Assembly: GCA_951406725.2 (NCBI GenBank)
Contig: OX597837.1
Location: forward strand, 22,258,001-22,322,000
Reading direction: 5' to 3'
Length of the DNA stretch: 64,000 bases
Source of the DNA: Octopus vulgaris
Lineage: Eukaryota
This document shows, in pieces, positions 1-46,199 of this stretch. The notes below the pieces were generated by a model, which saw only the letters and a list, made by a program, of their open reading frames with translations, did no database searches and was not told the DNA's origin. Position 1 is the first letter of the stretch, and each line of letters begins with the position of its first letter. Made by a program: the position numbers and the translations under genes.

Positions 1-31191
<31,191 letters not shown>

Positions 31192-31258
31192 TCTTGTCAG
31201 ATTCACATAACCAAAGAATGATTAAAATTTAATCACTTATAAATCATGTTTGTTTATA

Positions 31259-31264
31259 AATAAA
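31259..31264 (+). promoter_or_regulatory. Candidate DPYD polyadenylation signal
   Basis: AATAAA about 70 nt after the stop; ATTAAA also at 31221-31226; a duplicated AATAAA at 31698-31703. Confidence 0.45.
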
Positions 31265-31769
31265 CTCTTTATAATCAGTTATATATACATACATATATGT
31301 ATACATGCAGACGTATATATGTATTTATACACACACACATATATTTACAGACCCATACATATCTATATGGTATGCATGTAATATATATATATGTGTATAT
31401 ATGTATGTCATATGTACATGTCTTTATATATATGTATTCATAATTTCAAATAAATTAATTATTTACAATTACAATGCAATATGTACAAATTAAATATTAT
31501 TATATGTATTGTTTCTTTTTTTGTTTGATTTTTATTTTAAAATTGCCCAGCACACACTGTAAAGCGGTTGGTGTTAGGAAGGGCATCCAGCTGTAGAAAC
31601 CAAGCCAAATCAGACTGGAACCTAGTCAGCTCTCCTGCTTGCTAGCTCTGGTAAAAAACCTTCCAACCCATGCCCGCATGGTAAATGTTTGTTTATAAAT
31701 AAATTCTTTATAATCAATTATATATATATACATGTATACATGCAGACGTATATATATACACACACACAT

Positions 31770-32135
31770 ATATACAGACCCATACATATCTATATGGTAT
31801 GCGTGTGTAATATATATATATAGACCCATACATATCTATATAGTATGCGTGTGTAATATATATATATATATACAGACCCATACATATCTATATGGTATGC
31901 GTGTGTAATATATATATATATATAGACCCATACATATCTATATGGTATGCGTGTGTAATATATATATATATAGACCCATACATATCTATATGGTATGCGT
32001 GTGTAATATATATATAGACCCATACATATCTATATGGTATGCGTGTGTAATATATATATAGACCCATACATATCTATATATATATATATATAGACCCATA
32101 CATATCTATATGGTATGCGTGTGTAATATATATAT
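31770..32135 (+). repeat. Tandem repeat of about 50 bp with variable (TA)n, about 7 copies
   Basis: Unit AGACCCATACATATCTATATGGTATGCGTGTGTAA(TA)n. Confidence 0.85.
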
Positions 32136-35100
32136 ATATATATGTATATATGTCATATAATAATATTATGGCTAGATCCATAATCACCGCTGACTGAACT
32201 GAATAGTTTTATAATTGTCATTACATAGAGCAAACAAAAATGAAAAACCAAGTCCAGTTAAAATGACTGCAGTTTTATTATAAAATAACAGGTATATTAC
32301 ACATATAACACATGATTGATTTTACATTGTTGAGAATGGTAGTGGTAAGTCACTCAGTAGAGATGAGAGTGTTGAGGTTTACTCGAGAGATGAGATGGAA
32401 AGTGGAAGGTAGCCAAGACACTAACAAAGTGTAGTGTGGTGATTGGGGGGGGTGTGAAAAAAAATGCTGGTAGTAACCAGCAAAATACAATATTTACATC
32501 AGACAAGACAATTTAAAGCAATACAAGATTGGAGTGTTACAAAAGAAACAAAAAAAAAAAAAAAAAATTCTGATGGACATTTACAGAGTTTTGTTACTGA
32601 GAGTCTGTTGACATGTTTTTACATGTGGTAGCACAAAGAAAGGAGGACAAATGAGCGGATGTAGACATATTTAGTTTTCAGAATATTGCTATTTTTAATT
32701 ATTGGTTGTTGAATAACTTAAATTATAAGAAATTAAAATAAAAAGCTGGCGGTTGAAAGATATCTGAACCTTTGACTGTACAATGAAGTAAAAACAAAAT
32801 CTAGGGCAGGGTGGGGCGGGTTGTTCTTCAAACAATGAGACCAAATCATACATACATACATATATATTCTTTTATTTGTTTCAGTCATTTGACTGTGGCC
32901 ATGCTGGAGCACCGCCTTTAGTCGAGCAAATCGACCCCCAGGACTTATTCTTTGTAAGCCTAGTACTTATTCTATCAGTCTCTCTTGCCGAACCGCTAAG
33001 TGACGGGGACGTAAACACACCAGCATCGGTTGTCAAGCGATGTTGGTGGGGACAAACAAAGACACACAAAAATATACATACATATATATACATAAAATGA
33101 AATGAAAACACAACACGGGGTGCTTTATTCTTCAGTCAAACAATGAGAGACAAAGTGATTTTATATATATACATATATATACACATACATACATACATAT
33201 ATATTGCATAATCATAGTTTATGATGTGCATAGGTAGGACTCCATAAATAATAATATAGATAAAATAATTCCTGTCTGCCATATGAAGTATAAAATAGGT
33301 TTGTTTGCTTGTTTTTTTTTTGTTTCTTTTCTTTTCTTTTTTTTTTTTGTTCTCTCAAGAAATAGATTTCTATATATTTGGTAGTAATAAAAAATAATCT
33401 GAACTACATGAAAGCAATAAGGTCAGATTGTGTATATTTATAGAAAATTTAGATTTAGAAAATAGCTTTTATGGGGGGGAAGGAAGGACAAGAAAAAAAA
33501 AATTTAAATAAAAGTGAAAAGGCAAATAAATTTTGATTATTTTTCTTTCGTAAAATAAAATATATTTAAAAAAGTAAAAAAAAAAAAAACTTGAGATCTG
33601 AAGAAAAATTAAAAAGAAATCAATGGACCTACTATATATATAAACCGTCGATTCTAATACATATTTTTATGGATGCTGACCTAACAGGATAAAATACTTT
33701 TCATGTGAACATCATTGCAACATAAACAAAACACAGAAATAATTATAATTATCTTTACATCTTGGAAAGAATGACATGCAACCAATCTAAAACTGAAATT
33801 CAGTGGACTAACTAGATACCATTTTATCCCCCTGCCCCACTTATTTGTTTTTTCTTTTCTAAGAAGCTGATGATCTAAATTGAAAATCTAGGTGGAGACA
33901 ACTGCAACAAATAGTGGTCTAATACCCATACAAATAGTGGTCTAAATACTCAGTTGACACTGTATTGCTACTTAGTCTCAAACAGAATATAGATGACTGT
34001 TCAGACAATGTCTCATGAACATATTCTTTCACTTGCTTCAGTCATGTGACTGCTGCCATGCTGGACCACCACCTTTTAGTCAAACAAATCGACCTCCATG
34101 TTTTCAAACCTGGTACTTATTTTATCATACTCTTTTGCTGAACAGCTAGGTTACAGGGACATCCAAATCCACTCACAAGGCTTTGATCATCCTGAGGCTA
34201 TAGTAGAAGACACTTGCCACGGAGTGGAACTGAACCCAGAACCATGTGGTTGGGAAGCAAGCTTCTTACCACACAGCCACGCCTGCGCCTGTCTGAAGAT
34301 TACAAGGCATGTTATAAAAACCCGGCTAGACCCATGACTCCATAAGCAAGAAATTATTAGTAGCTCGTGTCTTTACGCTCTGTCCATTAAACGTTATTTC
34401 TCACAGGATGGAGTACTTGTTTTGTTGATCTTATCTTTACATTTTACTTCTTTCAATCATTTGACTGTGGCCATGCTGGAGCACTGCCTTGAAGAATTTT
34501 TAATCAAATGAATCGATCCCAGTACCTTATCTCCATTATCATCATTATTATTATCATTAAGGTGGTGAATTGGCAGAAATGATGCCACATCTGAAAAAAT
34601 GCTTAGTGGCATTTCTCATAATTCTTTACATACTTATTGGTTTCATATACACTAAACAGGTCAGACAGTTGGAAAAAATTCCTAACATCAGACTACAAGA
34701 AGTAACCCTAAATGCCAAGAACATTCTTAAGTTTCCTAGTTGTCCCTAATAATACTATGTTATTATTATTATTGTTATTATTATTATTAGTCATCTCTGT
34801 TCTAAAAAAACAAGTGGAAATAATTTTTGACAAACAATGGTTATACCAATTCTAAATACAATTTGAAATTTTCTAAGCAGATAATTCCAGGAATAAATCT
34901 CAATGGTTCAATCCCACCTAATTTCTCTCAATACGCAATTACATTAATTCCCCTGAGTCCCTATTCATTGATTGCTACCACTCTTAGAGGACAGTCATTC
35001 CAAGTTGCTAAGCTTCCTCGATACTTAATTCTTTGCTTTTATTTTTTTTTTAGTGTTTTTTTTCTTCTTTTTGTTGCATTGCAAGTTTTTAAGAACTGAA

Positions 35101-36108
35101 TAAATAAAGCAAATTTAATTAACAATGATTGACAGACACTGATTAGTTCAGGGGTTGGGGTGGGGGTGAAGGAATGAAGCGATACCCACCAGACACTCAG
35201 AAATATGATACATGTATATATACACACACACACATATACATACAAATATAATATATATACACAAATATATACATACATACATATATACATACATGTATAC
35301 ATATATACAGATATATATATACATACATACGCATACATATACCCACACAATTTTGTTAGTGAAATAGGCTGTTGGAAAAGGGTGGGTGAATGGGTTGGCG
35401 GAGAGGTGAATGTTTTGCATGATTTCATAATTAAATTATTTTTGTTAGTTATAAAAAGAAAGGAGGAAAGGCAGGGGACGAATCTTTAGATATTCTACAG
35501 TTGAAGAAACTGTTTAGAGTTTATACATCATAACCCTAGCATTGGTGGAGGTGGCAGGGGATTACAGTAAATTTCAAATTTTAAATAGGGTGGCTTATAT
35601 ACATATGGGATTTAGTGGGGAGATAGATAGATGGCGAAATTATCGAGAAATGAATAGAAAACATTTAAATTATTAATACATACACACATATTTATATATA
35701 TACATATATGTATGTATGTACATCAAACTTAATATAATTAATCAAATTATAAACAAAATGGTTGTATCTTAGAAATATAAGAGATTAGTTGCAAATACAA
35801 ATTAATTTTTTGAGGTTTTCTTAAATATACTCAAAATTCGTGGAAACGTGGCAAAAAAAAAAAAAAAAAAATGGGAACTTTTTTTTTTTCTGTAAGCAGA
35901 CATGAAAAATATCTTAACTTAGCTTTGACATCTAGGTTAATTTTATGTATGAAATGCGTGGGTTTTTTATTATCTTGTCTAGAAAAAGTATAGGAATTCA
36001 TACACAAGCAGACAGAAATACTGAATGCTTGCTGTCTTCAACGAAGCACATCAAATCTGAGTGAATGTCTGGGAGAACAACAGAGCGACACTTTTGGTAG
36101 CAATTTAA

Positions 36109-36560
36109 CCCTTTGGCAATTTAAACCATCCATGTCCAGCCAAATATTCTACCTGCTTTGTGTTTAAACTAGCCAGATCTGGCCGCCTTCCATACCTACC
36201 CTACTATGTCACTGTAAAAATAAACAATCATACCACTGAAATCTCGAAGCTATGAGATAATGCATGATTAGCATTCAAGACAAGGTGAATAAATAAGCAT
36301 TACATCTGACAGAGTAATCTGAATGCTAAATGGTTAACCTTTTAGCATTTAAACAGGCCATATCAAGCCCAAATATTCTAAATGCTTCATTTTCAAACCA
36401 GCCAGATCTGGCTTCTCACACCTACCCTACAATGTTGTTCTAAAAATGTGCAATCACACCGTTGACATCTCAAAGCTATGAGATAATGCATGATTAATTC
36501 AAAACAATGTGAATAAATAAGCATTGCGTTTGACAAGGTAATCTGAATGCTGAAGGGTGA
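36109..36560. mobile_element. Two tandem piggyBac-like MITEs of about 230 bp sharing a TTAA
   Basis: TTAACCCTTT.GCA...GAATGCTAAA.GGTTAA; other copies near 8525, 45197, 49790-50800, 58017(-), 62614. Confidence 0.75.
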
Positions 36561-36966
36561 AAGTAGTTTGTGTGGAAACAACAGAAATGAACAACAAAAA
36601 GAGGGAACAAGACTAAGAAGCAAGGAGCCACATAACCTATTCATAACCTATAACAACAACAACAATAACAACTACAACGAAATGCACAGAAGATCGAATG
36701 GTGTTTCCCCAAATCAGCTCTCTAGTTTGTGGTAAAATGTCTGATTTAATAGCTGGTTTTGGCAGTGATAGAGCTATAGATTTTGTTTTTTGTTTGGAAT
36801 GATATCACCAAAATGTTGGAGAAGGGAGAGGAGAAAACAAGTATATATAAAAAATGCAACGAAACTGAATGAAAAAAAGACATTCCCTTTTCCCCCTGCT
36901 CCATCAATAACTTGGTAAATGTTGTTCCCATCGTTAAATTTCACATACATACATACATACATATAC

Positions 36967-37018
<52 letters not shown>

Positions 37019-38595
37019 ATTATACACACACATACAACATAGGTTATGAATAATTAAATAGCTAGTGCAAAATGATAGCTTAAATATGATTGGTCAAAAT
37101 AATGTTCAACTATCTCCCAGCTTTTGAGATCAGTGACAAACCCAGTAGTAGTAGTAGTAGTAGTAGTAGAGCAGTGATGTCAGCATGGTGGTGGTGTTGA
37201 TGGTGGCAGCATGGTGGTGTTGGCAATTTCAAAGACACAGGGTGGGGATGATGTAAACTCCTATTTATGTATTAAGAGATCAAATTTTGTTGGTTTTTTA
37301 TTTATTTTTTTAAAAATTTTATCTTATTGTTTGACAATGAGTAAATTACCATGTACAATCATTAAAGTATGAGTGAAAAACTAATACAGAGTCAGCTCAT
37401 TACATGCACTAATCTCAAGTGAGTGGAATGAACATGTATTGAAATCCTGTTCTGTTTGACTACCTTAAACCCTAAAGGCTTCATTTCACAATTTTTAAAG
37501 TTTGTCCTGAGATTTGGAGATCTATTGAACCATTCTGACAGGGTTTAACTGGTAATACACCATGACTGTCAGAGAATGTTGCAGAAGTTGCAGACCTCAA
37601 CAATTGATCATTGCACTGTTGAAAAGGAGTGGAGTTGTCGAATGTTTGTATAGAAGGGGGAAAGATAGTTCAGAGAGAGATGATGAGGAAGATGTATAAA
37701 GGTTTATCTAGAGACAGAAAAAAGAGAGGAAGAATATAAAGGTTTATTAGGGGAGAGAGACAATTATCCATTTTGCATCTGCTTTCCCATGCCAGCATGG
37801 GTTAGACAGATAACTATGGTTCAAATCACCTCCATAAACAGAATTACTGCTTCCTTTGATGGCTTAGAGATATCTTGCCTGTACAGTCCATTTCTGATAG
37901 GGTTTCTATGGTTGAATGCCCTTCTTAATGTCAACCATTTTACAGAGCATATTGGATGCATCTAATTGTACAACCAACACTAGAGAAGTTGGCTTGTCTA
38001 ACCCCCAGCAAGACTAAAGTGTCCTCTTCATGATGTTTCCATTCATTCAAGACATGACTGAGAGAGTGAATAGAAGAGAGAGAACTAGGACTGCAGAGAA
38101 AATAGAAGAAAGAGCTAGTGATAGGCAGCTACACGAGGATTACTGGTAAGGAGGTGGAACTGAAAAACAGCATGATGGGGGAAATGAGGCAGACTGGGTG
38201 ATAATGGAAATGAGAAAGTTTAAAGAGTGGGGAGTAGCGATAAAGATGAGTGATAGAGAGAAAGTGTGATGGCTAAAGAGTGATAGTAGGGGGAACTGAA
38301 TATGGAATGGGTATATTTAGTAAGAGTATAAGAGGTGGGATATGTGGGTTTTGTTTAGAATTGAAAAAGTATCTGCCCAACCCTACATATGTGTAACATT
38401 GACCTGAAGAAATCATCATTATCATCATCATCATCATCATGGATGGCAATGATAATGTGCCAAACGAAAGGCTTTGTAGAATTTAGTCTGGTCTCCATTA
38501 TATTATGAATTCAATTCCTATTACTGATGGCTTCGTCATTCTGGGATAGAATTAATTGACTGCTTCTACCCACAGAATTTAGAATAACTTTATCA

Positions 38596-38626
<31 letters not shown>

Positions 38627-40487
38627 CATCATATTTGAATATTGCTTTTATTATCCAACAGCAAATATTGTCAGAGAAATTGAGGTAAACATGACAATTT
38701 TCTTTTTAAATCTATCTAAAACCACTAATATACTAAGTGCCATTTTGTCTGCCTGTCTGTTCTGAGTTCAAGTTCCGTTAAGGTCAACTTTTGCTTTCCG
38801 TCCTTTCGGGGTCAATAAAATAAGTACCAACTTAGCATTGGAGTTGATGTAACCGATTTACCCCTTCCCCTGAAATTGCTGGCCTTGAGCCAAAACATGA
38901 AACCATTGTTATTACTACTACTGATAGTCATGCTGCTTTTAGAGATATGACAGACCCCATATTTCCTACTCTTCGTTAAACCTGACAAGAAAATCTGTTC
39001 CGTCTTTAGGAAATTGCTTATGAGATTGCCAAGAATGCAGTAAATGCTACAATATTTCAGACCAATACCCGTCCTACACATAAATCTATAACTAACACCC
39101 AACTTTGCTTAACTATAAAATCAAAGACGATAAAAATGAAAATAAAATTAACAAAAAGTTGAAAAATATTCTTTAAAAATCAGAAATAAATTAAATTCAA
39201 TTTTATAAATAAATAAATAAATATATATGTGTGTGTGTGTGTGTCTAAATGTATTTATGTATGTATAGGTATGAGTGAGAATATGCTTGTAGATGTATGA
39301 CTCCATTAATATATCTACATATGTACGTATGTATATATATATATATAAATACACACACACACATATATATATATAAACATGATATAACTGTATGCGTATG
39401 CATTTATATATGTGTGTGTGTGTCTATGTGTACAAGCATGCATACATCTGTTACTAGATAAATATTTTTTGTAAATCTTAAATTTCAATAGCATATAGTG
39501 AAAAATGGAAGAGAAACATTGTAAAAAGCAATGAATTTAGACAAAGAGAAAGTGAAAGTAAGAGAGATTTAGAACAATGAAAGAAGGGGAGCAATTCCAC
39601 CAGTCAAACCAATATAAATTTTCTGAAGCAAAAAAAAAAGTAATCCATGATACAGAACTCCCACCTGCACACACTCCATCAAGCTAAAGGTTCAACAAAA
39701 GCTTTTTTAACAAAAGGAAAAAACAAAAACAAAAAAAAAAACAAAACAAAACGGAAAAGGGGGCGGAGGGGGGAAGGGAGGTAAAGAGAAAAAGTGAAAA
39801 ATATCGAAGAAAGAGAAAAATGCAAAAAAATAAATCATTATGGAAAAAAAAAAATTTTGGAAAAAAACCCCGGAAAAAATGACAAGAGATCAATCTAGAC
39901 AAAAGGTGAGGGTGGAAAGGGGTAGTGGTGGTAGAAGTGGTAGTTGTGGTGGCAGTTATACTCAGTATCCAACGCCAAGAGTGAAAGGACAAAAACGGAC
40001 ATAATGACATAAAATAACAGAATCACCAACCGCCCAGTCTACCGGCCAACTACCACTGTCCACAGTATGATGGTTAAAAGACGCCACAAATAACATACGC
40101 ACACATACATACACACACACACACGCACGCTCTCTCTCTCTCACACACGTACATACGCAATAATGTTCTCTGCACATGTAAATGTGTATAAATTGAATGT
40201 GTCTGTGTGTGTGTGTATATGTGTATGGATATGAGTGAGGTGGCTGTAAATGTGTGTGTGTGTGTCTGTGTGTCCATATATGTCATGATATGATTCCTCT
40301 ATATCCCACCCATCCCACACGCTCCATTTTTTTTTTTTCCTCTCTTGATGTCAAATGATTTACTTTAGATATAAATAATACTAATTACATTGAGTAGTTC
40401 GTTCTTTCATTTATGTTCATTTATCATTATTATTATTATTTATTATTATTAATATTATTATTTTAAAACTCCCTAAAAAGGGTGTCT

Positions 40488-40534
40488 TCAATAGTTCCTG
40501 TTGCCACAAGTCTTGCTTTGATTAGTAGAAAGTC
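40488..40534 (-). CDS. Probable terminal coding exon of the minus-strand gene
   Basis: Strong acceptor ttttcacttttcttttgcag; phase-1 continuation reads (R)LSTNQSKTCGNRNY*; followed by U-rich UTR-like sequence. Confidence 0.6.
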
Positions 40535-40739
40535 CTGCAAAAGAAAAGTGAAAACCATTTATAGATAATATAACAACATTTGACTACAGTTTATGCTGTG
40601 AGAAAAAATGAGGATTGCTGGCGGGGAATATGAAATAAAGGGGGCATGGAGAAAGTCGGAGTGGTAATTGAGGGATATCTCAGATTCAGATAAATAAATA
40701 AACACATCAATCAAATACTTATATCTCTTCTTCATAAAT

Positions 40740-41055
40740 ACATTTGTGTATGTGTGTGTATATATATATGTGTTTGTGTGTGTGTAATCATCATCACACT
40801 TGTGTATGTGTGTGCATGTGTGTATATATATATGTGTTTGTGTGTGCATGTGTGTATATATATATGTGTTTGTGTGTGTGTAATCATCATCATAATCATG
40901 ATCACATTTGTGTATGTGTGTGCATGTGTGTGTATATATATATATATGTGTTTGTGTGTGTGTGTAATCATCATCCTCATCATGATCACATTTGTGTATG
41001 TGTGTGCATGTGTGTATATATATGTGTTTGTGTGTGTGTGTAATCATCATCATCA
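40740..41055. repeat. Compound microsatellite-derived tandem repeat (unit about 60-75 bp)
   Basis: Repeated CACATTTGTGTATGTGTGTGCATGTGTG(TA)n..GTAATCATCATC. Confidence 0.7.
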
Positions 41056-41505
41056 TGATTACCATCATCTTCAACAACATTGCTTTTAATGTCCACTTTT
41101 CTGTGCTCACATGGGTCAGTCGGACAGAATCAGCTGAGGCAGATTTTCTACGCGTGGATGCTCTTCCTGTCACCAACACTCACCAGACATGTTTTTACGG
41201 AAGATTGGAAACAAAGGACAGCACTTGCAAGACGGTGATACTTGTTTACAATCATCATGTGATATCATGGCAAGGAGACAGAATACACATACACACACGC
41301 TCTTTTATTCTTTTATTCGTTTCAATCATCTGACTGTGGCCATGCTGGAGTGCTGCCTTTAAACAATTTGACCCCAGGATTAATTTTTTAAACCTAGTAC
41401 TTATTCTATCAGTCTCTTTGGCTGAACAACTAAGTTACAGGGATGTAAACACACCAACAACAGTTGTCAAGCGATGATGGGCGAGGTCAAATACAGACAG
41501 ACACG

Positions 41506-41539
<34 letters not shown>

Positions 41540-42229
41540 CAATGGGCTTCTTTCAGTTTCCAAATCCACTCAAAAGGCTTTGGTTGCCCCAAGGCTATAG
41601 TAGAAGATACTTGCCGAAGGTGCCACGCAGTGGGACTGAACCCAGAACAATGTGGCTGAGAAGCAAGCTTCTTATGACACAGCCACACCTGAGCCTATAT
41701 TATTTTCATATAAATGATAGATACAATTTTGGCTGTTTGGTTAAGAAGTTTGCTTCCCAACCGTGTGGTTTTGAGTTCAATCACACAGTGGGATTAGGGA
41801 AGTGTCTTTTACTACAGCCTTGGACCAACCAAAGTCTTGTGAGTGGATTTGTTAGATAGAAATTGAAAGAAGCCTGTTGTATGTGTGTGTGCGTGTGTGA
41901 CATCACATAATGTTGTAAACATTCCCAATATTCTGTGCAAACACGTCTGACTGAGGGGAAATATTTACCTTGCTTGGAAGCAGCTAAGAGTTGGTGACAG
42001 GAAAGGCACCAAGTCACAGAAAATCTGCTTTGATAAACTCTGTCCGATTCATGCAAGCATGGACAAGTGCAACTTGAAATTATGATGATGATGATGATAA
42101 AGGTAGACACATTAGAACAATATTTAGAGTATGTATCCTTTTTTATAAAAGTGGTAGTTGTAGTAGCCCTGATTGAGACAACAGTGATCTCACCCATTTC
42201 ATCAGAATATGCTGGAATGGGAAATATGG

Positions 42230-42480
42230 TTCTCAGATAGATGGACATGTGGAGCAATTTCTTGGATTGTTACATGACAGTCTTCCATGACTATTTGCCA
42301 ACCGTCCTCAATCAGCTCCTCATTTCAGCTTGTAGATAGCCTGACTACCTTAGAATGCCTCACTCAACACTGAGGTATGATCATGTTTGAAGCAGTTGCG
42401 CCACTCTTTGACCTGTGTTTTGCCAATGGCATCATCGCCAAAGGCCAGCTGAATCTTCTGGATGGGTTGCTCCTAAACGT
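42230..42480 (-). mobile_element. Mariner transposase N-terminal (HTH) relic
   Basis: IQKIQLAFGDDAIGKTQVKEWRNCFK..TSV.SE..; IVMEDCHVTIQEIA; frameshifts and stops. Confidence 0.7.
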
Positions 42481-43355
42481 CCCAATGTCATTCTATGTAC
42501 TATAGACAGAACTGCTCAGTCCGAGCTAACTAGGGGCAACACAACAAAAGTGAAAGCAACCTATAGTCAGATCATCCATCATGTGGTCACTTAACCTGTT
42601 AGAAATCACACACTGACTGTCCTCAAATTTTTCTTTCCCATCTTTAAAAAAGAAATGATGGTATGGTCAGGGCTGGAATAGTTTTAGTCAAAGATCTGCT
42701 CAATCAGGACTATTGTTGAAACACAGATGAGAGACACAGCAATACCACAAATCACACACAGACACACACACTTCCTTTATTTCTTTCATGTGTTTCAGTT
42801 ATTAGACTGCAGCCATGCTGGGGCACTGCCTTGTAGAATATTAGTCAAATGACCACAGGACTTATAAGCCTGGTACTTATTCTATTGGTCTCTTTTGCTG
42901 AACCTTGGGCAAGTGTTCTGATGCTGCTAAAAAGGTATCCAAGATTTCAACCAAACACTAGTATATTGCTTAACTACTTCTGGATATGAGTATAAAAAAC
43001 TGCATCCTTCTACCAAGCCGTGTCAAGCCAGTGTGATAGAGTAGGCACATCAAACCAGTATGATCTCAAGCTCAAATTCGTGGCCACCACAGGAGACTGT
43101 GGTTGGCTGGAGAGAACATGCTGAAGCCTCCATTCTGCAGTGGATTGAACTTGGGCAATCCAACTAAGCCAATCCAATCCAATCCAGAATATTGCTCAAT
43201 TACTCAGCAGATTGTAGCATAGGAATGTAGGTGGACCCTCTTGCTAACCAAACAAACTGAAGTAAAAGCAAAATAACTAGACCTAGTAGGTGGAATTTGA
43301 ACTCCTGACTACATGGGTTAATGCGTGTCAGATGTTTGTAGAATTACATACTTAC

Positions 43356-43667
43356 TGGAAGTTTTGCTGGAACCAGCACTTGGAATTCCATCTCCCTGAG
43401 AAGATTCAGCGCCGGTAAATGATGATTTACTGTGATGCTTACTGTGTAGGCTGTTTGTGTTTCGTTGCTCTAAGGAATGGGAGTCCGAGATTCTATAGAC
43501 ATGATCATTGTTCTGTGTCATGAGGCGGTTAAGAATCACTTTACCACCACTTAAATCACCTCGATTAACAATTTCAAAACTCTGACTTTTGTAGCTGTCT
43601 GGTTCACTACTGTTGCCATGTGATGAGGAGAAGTCATTTTCCCAATGCTTGTGCAGCCGTTTGCTCT

Positions 43668-43702
<35 letters not shown>

Positions 43703-44369
43703 CTGCTTTGCTGATTCCACTGTTTGGTCTTGGAGAAATAGCGCTTCTTGAAGTGTTTCTCAGAAGATTTATCAGCATCCATGGAATAAGACGTATTGTG
43801 AAGTGCAGAAACCGAGGAGAAATGCTGAGAATGTAGAGAGTCAGTGCTGTTGTTAACTGGTTCGTTAATGGCAGCATTTGATTTTGACTGGTCCACACTG
43901 TCACTAACGGAAGCTGGACTAGATTTGCGTTCTGACGATGTTCGATGGTCGCGATCTGAATTAACACTGTTGATAGCACCGTCTTTCTCAGTGTTCAGCA
44001 GACTATTATTCCACTCAGTCCATTCATGAGAATTGCTCAAAGGTTCTGCCGGAGAATCAGGAGGTGAGACTGCATCTTGTGCCACATCTGATGGTGGTGT
44101 GCCAGGTGGTGTCCGAGGGCCACTCACCACAGAATTGCTGTGTTTCTGTTTGCTGCGGTCATCATCGACTTGAACAATCTCCTTCTTTGAGTGTTTACGT
44201 CGTAACTCATTGTCGGGACTCTTGCGTCTCTTCTGTCGACTCCGTTCCACATCATACAAGGCATACTTGGCCAAGGCTTCTAAACTATTCCCCATCTCGA
44301 GTTGTTGTTGCAGCTGCCACTTCTTCTTCGGAGACTCATGTGTATCTTTACGGCGCTTACTTCGTCCGC
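43356..44369 (-). CDS. Internal exon (1014 bp) of the same minus-strand gene
   Basis: tttcag|GC acceptor in phase 1, matching the upstream exon; donor A|gtaagt. Basic NLS-like clusters (RSKRRK, RQKRRKSP), PRTPPGTPP, poly-Ser. Confidence 0.88.
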
Positions 44370-46118
44370 CTGAAATTAAAAATAGCATAATTATCACAAT
44401 AGGTCTCATTTACACACAGATATGATGAAAATCAGAGTCATTTATATCCAGAGGCCAGTCACACACAAAAACAATTCAGACACGCAAATCAGAAATATAT
44501 ATACAGACACAGATCAGACAAACAACAATACCACAAATCAGACATACACAAACATATTTCTTTCATTTTTTCACTTATTTCAGTCATTAGACTGCAGCCA
44601 TGCTGGGGCACCACCCCGTAGAATATTAACCAAATGTATTGTATCTCTGATTGGTGTGGCTGCGATAGTTGCACCTATCACAGCCACATCAATTGGAGAT
44701 ACAATACATACATAAAAAAAAAAATTCACCAAGATAAGAAACAGGCAAAAAAAACCTAGCTTCAATGTCTCAATTAAACACATTCTCTAAAATTATATAG
44801 AGAATGGACTGATACTGTGTGTGTGCACGCGCACATATACATACATACACACACACGCATATATAATACAAAGTAAGATAGAGGTTATGAGGGTAACCCA
44901 CTATGGGATATCAGTTATCCAATATACTTTTTATGTGTATTATTCTAATGGTATTATTATCTTGCATATTGATGTATATTGTTTTGTTCGATTTTCATGT
45001 TCCTATTTATGTAGTTAATAAATAATATGAAATGGTAATATCTGTAAGTTGATGATTGAAATGAATTTGTTCCTGCATTTTCTTATATATATATATATAT
45101 ATATCTTTTGGGGAACAGTGATTCTCAGAGCACATCACATACAGCTATAAATAAAAGCATGTAAACATCGGGCTGAGTGGAGGAATGTAGCTTAAACCCT
45201 TTAAAATTTAAACTGGCCATGTACAGCCAAAATATCTTATATGTTATATTTTCAAACGGGCCAAATCTGGTACCTCACACCTACCCTACAATGTCATACT
45301 AAAAGTAAATAATCCCATAATCAAAAATCTCAAAGCTACAGGATGATAATGCACGATTAATTCAAAACAATGTGAATAAATGAGCATTACATTTGACAGA
45401 GTAATCTGAATGTTAAAGGGTTAATGGTTGTGGTGTTGGACTCATGATTGTGAGATCGTGATTTCAATTCCTGGACCAGGCAACATGTCATGTTCTTGAG
45501 CAAAACATTTCATTTCATGCTGCTCCAGTTCACTCAGAAAAAGTACTAACAACAACAACTGTAAATTAAACCAACAAATGATGCAAAGGTGCAAAACACA
45601 ATATGCAGAATGTTCATAAATTATCTATACAACTTCCACAATTTGGGATCCATCAATCAACTTCTTTGTTAGCAATGGAGCCCACATAGAAATATTCTGA
45701 TGTTTCTAGTAAAACTTCATTTATTTGCCTATGTTTTCCAATAAACTCTGGCAAGTTAACCTTTATTTTTCATTTTCTTCTGCATTTTTTTCTTTTTCAA
45801 ATTGTAAAGGTAATTAACGAACATCTCGAATGCACATATATATATATATATTTATAAATAAGGATAATATTGATATTTAAATATCGATATTATCAAGTGG
45901 CCAGCATGGGAATAAATACCATACAAAGGTAATAATTTTTCACAACTATAAATAAGGTTATTTGAGAGACACCACCATGCCGAAATAGCAGTCAAACCCT
46001 CACTCTAAAAACCACCTAAAATGTTCATATCGCACCATGAGATAAGACAGAGAGACAAAATAAACTAGCAAAAAGATATTACTGGATAATTCAAGATCCT
46101 GGATTTCTAGCTTTGCTT

Positions 46119-46157
<39 letters not shown>

Positions 46158-46199
46158 GAAAGAATGGAGTCGAACGACGATTTTAACAAAATTTCTTTA

